From a virus (taxonomy: Duplodnaviria; Caudoviricetes), in IMG/VR virus record IMGVR_UViG_3300025018_000147, positions 7,403 to 71,402 of that record: a stretch of 64,000 bases of DNA; one strand, written 5' to 3'. The stretch's first letter is position 1. Every line of letters begins with the position of its first letter. This document shows positions 57,021 through 64,000 of this stretch, in pieces. The notes below the pieces were generated by a model, which did no database searches, was not told the DNA's origin, and saw nothing but the letters and a program-made list of their open reading frames with translations. The position numbers and the translations under genes were made by a program.

Positions 57021-57364
57021 TAATCTTTACTAATATCCATGGATATTAAAAAGGTACTCTTTGCTACTGTTCTCTTAGTGATACGCGGATCAGTAATAGA
57101 TATATCATAATAGTACAGTCCTGTGGGTTGATCAGTATCTGTACTACGGGGAGTAAACGTTACTCTTCCAGTTGTTGGATCAGGATCAATTATACCCTCT
57201 ACCTGGAATACTTGGGTTGTAGCATCCAGCGGTCCTCTGCGCTTATCAATAGTCATCGTGATAGTCGCATCCACCAGATTAATAGGTACCTTTGTCTGAC
57301 TATCCGTGAGGGTAAACAGTATAGGATAACTGTCTCCACGGTACATCTTTATCTGGTTTGCCAC
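57020..57364 (-). CDS. BppU-like baseplate/tail protein
   Basis: MYRGDS....FTL.D....INL..ATITM.....GRVTFTP..DT....G.YYYDI.I. Confidence 0.7.
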   Translation of the reverse strand: MANQIKMYRGDSYPILFTLTDSQTKVPINLVDATITMTIDKRRGPLDATTQVFQVEGIIDPDPTTGRVTFTPRSTDTDQPTGLYYYDISITDPRITKRTVAKSTFLISMDISKD

Positions 57365-57373
57365 GAGTATCTC

Positions 57374-58447
57374 CTAGTGTAAAGTAATAACAATTTTGCT
57401 TTCATTTAGTGTGGCAATTATGTTTCTCCACCTGAAAATTGCTGATAATAAGTCTACGTCAGTATCATGATTGATACTAACGCTTATGCTTATCTTACCC
57501 GCAGCATCAAAGGTGTATGTTACATTACTGCCCGAATACATTGCTGTGTCTACCAGTACTTCAAGTATGTTTGCTGCACCTACCTGCGTTGAGTAAGCCA
57601 TATCTTTAAAAATACTACTTTTAACGGCTGTATCAAATAATTCCTGTATAGCACTACTGATAGCGGTATTACTATCTGTAAGTATAGTAGTAATATTAGC
57701 TATTCTTGTTAAAGAATCAAATCCAGCAGCACTTTGTGCAGTGTTACTTATCATGCTTGCTGAATCAAATAATCTGTACAATGCATTATATATATCTGCT
57801 TGTGTATCCGCATACACTGTAACGACATTACCACTATTAACAGAACTATCCGCATAATATGTAATAGCATTTACAATAGAACTTTGTAGATCTCTCAAAC
57901 GAATAATACTATTAGCGGTATGCGCTTTACTGTCTATTCTAGTCTGCTTTAGTACATGATTTACTAAAAGCGTATCCGCTATTGATTTACGCATACGAGA
58001 TATTGATATACACACATCAGAAAGAATACTCCGCTTATTGTGAGTATTCACCTGGCTATCAAAAGTAACAGCAACACTCCACTGCGTTAATGCAGTGACA
58101 CTGGTATCCACATATCTATTGAGTGTATTTGCAATACCTATACTGCTATCGGTTACATTCTGTTGTGTGTTACTTACTTTAACTGTGCTATCAAATATGT
58201 CTAATACGTTATTGCTAGCTCTTACCCTGGTGTCAGGAGTAGTGATCTGAGCAACATGTATAGAGGTAAATGTGCCATACTCCCTTTGTCGAAGTATGCT
58301 GATAGCTGCATTTGTATTAATAGCTATAACCGGTTTATTGGTTATAGCCATGGTACTATCAGAAGTATATCCTACGACAATACTGATATCACCCGTAGTA
58401 AAAGGTGCTGAACCAAGAGAACTCTCTGCTAGTGCTCCGTAGTTCAT
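57374..58447 (-). CDS. Virion protein with degenerate D(S/T) beta-repeats
   Basis: Repeated DS/DT...I.N pattern; tail-module context. Confidence 0.55.
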   Translation of the reverse strand: MNYGALAESSLGSAPFTTGDISIVVGYTSDSTMAITNKPVIAINTNAAISILRQREYGTFTSIHVAQITTPDTRVRASNNVLDIFDSTVKVSNTQQNVTDSSIGIANTLNRYVDTSVTALTQWSVAVTFDSQVNTHNKRSILSDVCISISRMRKSIADTLLVNHVLKQTRIDSKAHTANSIIRLRDLQSSIVNAITYYADSSVNSGNVVTVYADTQADIYNALYRLFDSASMISNTAQSAAGFDSLTRIANITTILTDSNTAISSAIQELFDTAVKSSIFKDMAYSTQVGAANILEVLVDTAMYSGSNVTYTFDAAGKISISVSINHDTDVDLLSAIFRWRNIIATLNESKIVITLH

Positions 58448-59025
58448 TACTCAACCCACGCGGGTAACAAAGTGAGAAGATCATTGACAGAGGTAATAGC
58501 AACCGTACCTGCTAAGGCATCAGCCAGTATCTGCCGTGCTGCTTCCCATACTTGGACATTCCATGCCCATACATTAGTACAGAATGTTTGATGAGTATAG
58601 CCGCTTACAGTGGCATAATTAGCACAAGAATGCGCATCGCTAAATAGAGTATTATTAGCTGTGTTATATGCGTCGATAGGTGCTTGAATATAAGCCACTA
58701 CAGCAGATTCACAATGCTGTATTAATACTTGTTGCTGGCGTAGTGTTTCTGACACAATAGCCGCATCAACTTCTTCTTGAATGCTATATTTATTAACAAT
58801 ATTCCATGAACGATGATAGGTATTATTTACTTTAATCAATTCACCCGGTTCAGTATTCTGTAGTATTGTCACATCTGGTCGGGTTGTTTCTATAATAGGA
58901 TAAATATTAAATTGGATTACATCTTCTGCTGTCCATCCTTTACGCATTGATGTGTTTAAATATCCAGGTACTCTACTTCTGGTGAGTTCCTGTGCTGTGT
59001 TTTCTGCATACCATTTCTCTGCCAT
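58447..59025 (-). CDS. Tail fibre assembly chaperone-like protein
   Basis: C-terminus ...WN..VW....QIL.....G......LL..LP.WVE; directly downstream of the RBP/DGR cassette. Confidence 0.6.
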   Translation of the reverse strand: MAEKWYAENTAQELTRSRVPGYLNTSMRKGWTAEDVIQFNIYPIIETTRPDVTILQNTEPGELIKVNNTYHRSWNIVNKYSIQEEVDAAIVSETLRQQQVLIQHCESAVVAYIQAPIDAYNTANNTLFSDAHSCANYATVSGYTHQTFCTNVWAWNVQVWEAARQILADALAGTVAITSVNDLLTLLPAWVE

Positions 59026-59036
59026 TATGCGTGTCC

Positions 59037-59072
59037 TTATGAAAAGGTGTATAAATTATTGTATCGTATCAT
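59037..59072 (-). pseudogene. Stub of a DGR reverse transcriptase (MIRYNNLYTFS*)
   Basis: Sits at the canonical RT position after the TR and spacer; resembles the M(K/I)RYxNLY N-terminus of DGR RTs; truncated after about 9 codons. Confidence 0.65.
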
Positions 59073-59185
59073 AGTATTTACTTATGAGTCCCGGAATCTT
59101 CGGTTTCCCTACCAATACCTATGGGACATTCTTTTATATTTTGCCAAGAGGCATGGTCTTATGTCTGTACAACTTTAATAAGTAG

Positions 59186-59299
59186 AGCTGGCTGCTGATA
59201 TTAATCGAATCATTCGCTGAATCATTATTCAGATTCCAATAGAAAACCTCGGTATTCAAACCATTCGAGGTATTCCCGCTGAGTATACCTACCTGCCAA
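59186..59299 (-). repeat. DGR template repeat (TR)
   Basis: Gap-free 114-nt match to 59353-59466 with 23 mismatches, all at TR adenines. Confidence 0.93.
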
Positions 59300-59342
59300 T
59301 GAGGCATAAAACCGTATCTTTTATACTGTGTGCTACATGAAT

Positions 59343-60581
59343 TTAGTACGACAGCCGGCCGCCGATATAAATCGAAGCACCCGCCGAATCATCATTCAGA
59401 AGCCAACAGAAAACCCCGGCAGGCAAACCATACGAGGCAGACCCGCCGAGCATACCCACCTGCCAACCTGTACTCTGGTAATAATAATCAGGTATATAGG
59501 TGCTATCCGTACCACCGACACTGGCAGGTAAGAACCCCCGTGACTGCGCTTCGAGAGTTTTTACCCACCCGTTTGCGTTAGCTAAAGTTATGCCTAAACC
59601 AGTGTAATTTGTTGACGTATCATCGGCAAAATTATAATCGTCGTTACACACATAAGGGATATTCCCATTGATGTTAATACCATCAACCCATTTAAATAAA
59701 TTACCAAAGAAATTTTCAATACCCCGGTACGTCATGTACGCTGCATTGGTATTTCCACCTACACTGTTTGTACCATTACCATCACTGTTAGATTTACCTG
59801 AAACACCTATATAGGAGTCTTTTATCCATGTTCCTCCAGATATCTCAGTTCTACCTATGCCAATCATAGCTTGAGAGTTCCAGTTAGCGTACTCGACTAT
59901 ATAGAGCAACTGTACCGCAGAGACTAAATCATAATCCTGTTGTCTCCAGCCAGCTCCTCTATTTGCAGCGATAGTGCGAAACTCTGCTCGTGTTTCATCC
60001 ATCATCGGAGCCTTACCGGACACAGAGCCTAACTTGTCATTAGCCAGGTCTATAGATCCTCCCGCCCAGTTATTTGCTAACCCGGTACCGCAGTCAACAT
60101 AGCTGCTCGTTCCTGCGTCATAACCAATACCCTCGTATGCACCTATGTAACGATGCTCTACTGCTTCCCCATTCTTCATAAATGCAGGATGCAACGTATA
60201 TCCAACTTCCTCATAGGTTGCTATTTCCCATGTATGTGTTGTACCGGAGTAACTATATTTATAATAAAATGCAGGTATCTCTACCATCACCTGACCGTCA
60301 GCACCTGTCAGGTTAGCAGCAGTGACACCATCTTCTTTGAGTGTGGAATCATCCGCATCCAAGTAATATTGCACAACACCCGCATCACTTAAAATACATC
60401 TCCGCATTAAAGCATGTACAGGTAGCAGCTCATTGGATAGAGATGTGCCTACTGCCTGTCCTGCTGTATCCCCGGTTCTAGTATAGCCTCCAGTCGCTTG
60501 AGACTCATCCCAAGACACGCCATAGGTGGACATTACAGGACCACTTTTACCGCCTGATGCCAGTATTTTTAATATACTCAT
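59343..60581 (-). CDS. DGR target: receptor-binding tail protein with a C-terminal C-type-lectin (Mtd-like) fold
   Basis: YRGIENFFGNLFKWVDG; ends GG.A..G..AGVF.W.LN.DS......IGGRL with the VR in the last ~40 codons. Confidence 0.85.
   Translation of the reverse strand: MSILKILASGGKSGPVMSTYGVSWDESQATGGYTRTGDTAGQAVGTSLSNELLPVHALMRRCILSDAGVVQYYLDADDSTLKEDGVTAANLTGADGQVMVEIPAFYYKYSYSGTTHTWEIATYEEVGYTLHPAFMKNGEAVEHRYIGAYEGIGYDAGTSSYVDCGTGLANNWAGGSIDLANDKLGSVSGKAPMMDETRAEFRTIAANRGAGWRQQDYDLVSAVQLLYIVEYANWNSQAMIGIGRTEISGGTWIKDSYIGVSGKSNSDGNGTNSVGGNTNAAYMTYRGIENFFGNLFKWVDGININGNIPYVCNDDYNFADDTSTNYTGLGITLANANGWVKTLEAQSRGFLPASVGGTDSTYIPDYYYQSTGWQVGMLGGSASYGLPAGVFCWLLNDDSAGASIYIGGRLSY
59353..59466 (-). 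repeat. DGR variable repeat (VR)
   Basis: Codes WQVGMLGGSASYGLPAGVFCWLLNDDSAGASIYIGGRL; pairs with the TR. Confidence 0.93.
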
Positions 60582-61546
60582 TAAACAGCTCCTACTTCAG
60601 TTCCATAGATGGTTGACCCTTCTTTCCACAACATGATCCAGGTGTACCCTGTCTCTGCTAATACAGGTGGTTCAGCCGTACCCCCTGGAGTAACCCATGT
60701 AACACCAATACCTGTCCAGGTAATTGCATAAGCAATACCGTCATCAATACCAAGCAATACACATTGTCCTGCTGCAAAATTAGTAGCAAGAGGTGTACGC
60801 GCTGCACCAAGTATCACTGTTTGAATATTTCCATTTGCTGGATCAATTTCAAATGCTACACCATCAGTAATGGCATGTACGGTGTCTGCCGTTTCTTTAA
60901 ATGTCTGCTGTGCTACCCATGTTTGCACTACATCAAGTTTAGCGGTGTCAGCATCAAATGCCTGCACATTTGTACCAAGAACCAAACCAGTAATGACATG
61001 CCCATTGAGATCAAGATTCCCCCCAAGTTGAGGGGTAAGATCCTGTACAATATCGGTAAGACCGGCAAGTTCCCCTTTACTAGCAAATACTGTCCAGTTC
61101 GCTGAAGGAGGTTCACTGTTCGTGTTACCTATCTCACAGAGCCATGCACTACCGTTATGTGATACAAGATTATTTGGTACATATGCAGTAGCCGAAGACC
61201 ATGCACCAAGCCAGGACCAGTCATCCGGTACATTGTCACTGCTCTTTACAGTCTCTGCACCGAAGACAACAATCGTAGCTGTGCCTGTACCAACAACTTT
61301 TAATGTCTCTAGCTGGTTGAGGAAGATTTTAGAATTAAGATCAATACGTCCATTAGCAGCTAATATAAAATTAGTAGAAGATTTTAACGTACCTGCACTA
61401 CTATAAAATTTAAGTGTTATCGTATTACTACTGTTTGAAGTATCGACCAAATACCCACCGACTATACTTAGATGGTATCCATTAGGTGCTTGGCATACGC
61501 TACTCTCTACAGCAGTTATTGCTGCACTGTAGTTATTTAATTCCAT
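60581..61546 (-). CDS. Tail fibre protein with a CBM5/12-like module
   Basis: WLGAWSSATAYVPNNLVSHNGSAWLC; D..PQLGGNLDLNG motif. Confidence 0.7.
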   Translation of the reverse strand: MELNNYSAAITAVESSVCQAPNGYHLSIVGGYLVDTSNSSNTITLKFYSSAGTLKSSTNFILAANGRIDLNSKIFLNQLETLKVVGTGTATIVVFGAETVKSSDNVPDDWSWLGAWSSATAYVPNNLVSHNGSAWLCEIGNTNSEPPSANWTVFASKGELAGLTDIVQDLTPQLGGNLDLNGHVITGLVLGTNVQAFDADTAKLDVVQTWVAQQTFKETADTVHAITDGVAFEIDPANGNIQTVILGAARTPLATNFAAGQCVLLGIDDGIAYAITWTGIGVTWVTPGGTAEPPVLAETGYTWIMLWKEGSTIYGTEVGAV

Positions 61547-61555
61547 AATGTTTCC

Positions 61556-61906
61556 TTATCCGAATATGAGAGCATTAGTAAAAGCGATAGAATCAGCCTC
61601 TACCAGTGATGCCTTGCTGTCAATAGTTTCACCTACTAAAGTCTGAACCAATGTTTTATCACCTACAGGCCAGTTTATAGCTACACCCGCATTGCTACTA
61701 TCAAGTATCTGCGTACGCTCTAAACCAGTAGAAGTAATCGTACCTAGACCTATCTCCCAGGTATCCCCAGCTCTACATAAATAATGGCATGTTTCGCCTA
61801 CGCCGAGTTCTGCAAATGTCTGGTAGCTTGCTAGTGCACCACCACGGTCATAGGTACCAGTACCCACAGTGGTAGTTGTTTCAACAATCCTATTACCGTG
61901 TTTCAT
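61556..61906 (-). CDS. Tail-module virion protein
   Basis: NRI.ETTTT.GTG...Y......WEIG.GT......R..I..SSN.G..INW..G.K pattern. Confidence 0.6.
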   Translation of the reverse strand: MKHGNRIVETTTTVGTGTYDRGGALASYQTFAELGVGETCHYLCRAGDTWEIGLGTITSTGLERTQILDSSNAGVAINWPVGDKTLVQTLVGETIDSKASLVEADSIAFTNALIFG

Positions 61907-61916
61907 GGTTTATCCT

Positions 61917-62336
61917 TTATGCGGGATTCTCAACTGCGGCTATCTTCACATCCGCAGTTGTATAATTCGCTGTTAAAACAGACCCATCATTAATAGCAGA
62001 TGCTCTAGCATAAATTTGTGTTGCCGCATGAGTAACAGATACATCCATATTAGGTATGGAAATAGTTGGTCCCCATCCTGTAGCACCATCAAGAGAGAGT
62101 TCCCAGGTAATACCAGTATTACTACCAACAATGGAAATAACTATATTAGAATAATTATCGATATTAGTCGTACCGTCATTTGCCCATACAAAGGTACTGG
62201 CTAAAGGTGTACCAGTAATACTGGTTGGAGTACTAGTACCATCAAGAGTGAGTTCAACAGTAACCGGATCAGTACCAGTACCAGTGGAATAAACTGCGGG
62301 AGTAGCGGTGTTGTCTTTCGTTAGCTGAATAGCCAT
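61917..62336 (-). CDS. Thr/Gly-rich beta-sandwich virion protein
   Basis: Composition and context; RBS aagga. Confidence 0.55.
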   Translation of the reverse strand: MAIQLTKDNTATPAVYSTGTGTDPVTVELTLDGTSTPTSITGTPLASTFVWANDGTTNIDNYSNIVISIVGSNTGITWELSLDGATGWGPTISIPNMDVSVTHAATQIYARASAINDGSVLTANYTTADVKIAAVENPA

Positions 62337-62443
62337 TGTATCTTCCTTATACTAAATATTTAACATCGATAGTGTAACTCTTTAAGCGACATTATAAATT
62401 AAACCAATAAATATTAAAACATTAATACATCAAACCAATAAAA

Positions 62444-63022
62444 CTAAAATTCCGTTACTATTGCAGGTGTAGAGTTATCAACTGAATTGTCTACTGGACC
62501 TACTGATTCATCAGAGTTATCAACTGGACCTATTGAATTATCCACGGGTCCATTTGAATTATCTGTACGTGAGGCGTCTATTTCAGTATATCTGGAATTA
62601 TCCACCGCACCAACAGTATGGTCATCCGTGATGGTTGTATTACTTGATTTACTCGCTGCAATACCTGACTGCAAAACATCGGATGCGGCATTGATACCAA
62701 AGCCTATAACAGTCCCTTGAATAGCAGCTACCCCTATGCGTTCAACTGCCCGCCATGCTGGATGTTCTGTTGGTGTAGTAGGCAAGGGCTGGTTAAATTT
62801 AGCTTGTTCTTTATAAGAGATTTCTTGCGGCAATAATGCCTTCACTCCTGGAGCAACCTCGACCATGGCAAATGACATTTTGAAACCGTCATTAACATGC
62901 GCTTCGGATATCATCCTGTCCCGGTTCTGTAGTGTGTTGTGGATATACTGGCTCTGTCGTGCCTGGTCAGCGCACGAAGTTAGTGAAAGTGCCAGGACAG
63001 CTAAACAAATACCACGTGTCAT
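62444..63022 (-). CDS. Lipoprotein with C-terminal (GP)VDNS repeats
   Basis: Signal peptide with lipobox LTS-C; repeats DNSNGPVDNSIGPVDNSDESVGPVDNSVDNS. Confidence 0.7.
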   Translation of the reverse strand: MTRGICLAVLALSLTSCADQARQSQYIHNTLQNRDRMISEAHVNDGFKMSFAMVEVAPGVKALLPQEISYKEQAKFNQPLPTTPTEHPAWRAVERIGVAAIQGTVIGFGINAASDVLQSGIAASKSSNTTITDDHTVGAVDNSRYTEIDASRTDNSNGPVDNSIGPVDNSDESVGPVDNSVDNSTPAIVTEF

Positions 63023-63207
63023 AATAGCCTCTTTGGTAATGGTGATTCCAATCTGAAAATTAATCCATCCCGTGTAGCTTCAATATAGTGTACATCCCAG
63101 TCAGGATTTACAGATTTCCTAACTTTTTCTAGTGCCTCGGTAACAGTCATATCCAAGGGCAAATCATAGAGGCGGTATTCCCGCGTGTGCAGTAGTTCAC
63201 TTTTCAT
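63019..63207 (-). CDS. Hypothetical protein
   Basis: ATGA overlap with the lipoprotein gene. Confidence 0.5.
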   Translation of the reverse strand: MKSELLHTREYRLYDLPLDMTVTEALEKVRKSVNPDWDVHYIEATRDGLIFRLESPLPKRLL

Positions 63208-63538
63208 CGAAAATACCGCAGATAATCAACAATCATATCGTGCACAGCAGACACACCAACACCTGCAAAAAGTGCCATAATGAAGAGGAATATGCAGAAT
63301 GCGACTTTCATAACATGTTTATACGTGTTATCCCTTAGCAGTGTTACCACCTACTCCTGCAACGATAGCTCCGGTTACTGCAGAGAGCATTGGTGTCTTC
63401 ATCTTAATGCCCTTTGTCTACGGGTTAAACTGGCTAAGTAAAATACAATATGTATTAAACTAGAGTAGCTTAACATACATTAAGATATTAAACCAAGAAA
63501 GATAAAAGACCTATAAAAATTAAACCAAGGAGAATGAA

Positions 63539-63856
63539 ATGAAGAAGATCATTAATGGATTTCGTTATGACACGGACAAAGCTATTCTGATAGGGGAATA
63601 CTACACGCCGGGAATTGGTAGTAATGACTTCCACTATTGGGAAGCTGCCTTATACAAAACTCCTAAGGCAGGGAGATTCTTTCTCGCGGGAGAAGGCCAG
63701 GCTATGACCAGCTTCGCCAGTCATTCTGGCAATTCATCCGGATGGGGAGAGGATCTTATTCCTATGAGTAAAGGAGAAGCACTCGAATGGGCGGAGCAGT
63801 ATCTTGATGCGGATATCATCGAAGAACACTTTGCCGATGATATTCAGGAAGCATGA
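63539..63856 (+). CDS. Conserved mobile-element hypothetical protein
   Basis: MKKIING.RYDTDKA..IG; LYKT..GRFFL.GEG; RBS aaggag. Confidence 0.7.
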   Translation: MKKIINGFRYDTDKAILIGEYYTPGIGSNDFHYWEAALYKTPKAGRFFLAGEGQAMTSFASHSGNSSGWGEDLIPMSKGEALEWAEQYLDADIIEEHFADDIQEA

Positions 63857-63961
63857 AATTTATTGGTTCAGATTTACTGCACCTACTCATTGACTGTAGT
63901 CTGAGTAGGTGCGGCTGCAAAGATGCTTGGTTTTACTAGGGTTACAGCGGAGATAGCATCC

Positions 63962-64000
63962 TCCCGAACGCTGTGCTCTACCAGACTGAGCCACTCCCCG
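63962..64000 (-). pseudogene. 5' half of tRNA-Pro(CGG); no recognisable 3' half downstream
   Basis: CGGGGAG-TG-GCTC-AGTCTGGTA-GAGC-A-CAGCG-TTCGGGA; no GTTC T-loop follows. Confidence 0.65.

Noticed and set aside
59328-59581. Plus-strand ORFs overlapping the VR
   Set aside because: They are antisense to the DGR target gene and are a by-product of the GC-rich VR.

Overview
64 kb of an N4-like (Schitoviridae-type) phage genome, apparently circularly permuted relative to N4. Minus strand 799-34344 is the late/virion block: a 3723-aa virion RNA polymerase, ejection/structural proteins, major capsid, portal, lysis genes, tail fibre, intein-containing terminase large subunit and terminase small subunit. 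It is interrupted by a small plus-strand island (PhoH, DUF6378-like, M15 peptidase). Plus strand ~36000-56800 holds the early region (modular promoter-gene-terminator cassettes), the two-subunit RNAP II, an intron-split AAA ATPase with its metallopeptidase-vWA partner, a Dda-like helicase, a fragmented family A DNA polymerase, ThyX, dUTPase and a RuvC-like nuclease. A second minus-strand tail module occupies 57020-63207. Best finding: a diversity-generating retroelement (DGR) relic in that tail module. A 114-nt TR/VR pair differs at 23 positions, all of them TR adenines, and the VR lies at the 3' end of a C-type-lectin-like receptor-binding gene. The reverse transcriptase survives here only as an 11-codon stub. 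Other notable items are a family of covarying tetraloop hairpins that look like a variant vRNAP promoter, a SLOG-like domain inserted in the vRNAP, a 5-nt TAATT lesion in polymerase motif B, a group I intron inside a Walker A motif, an Ala1 intein, and an unannotated Hc1/histone-H1-like gene. All family assignments are by motif recognition by eye; no database searches were run.
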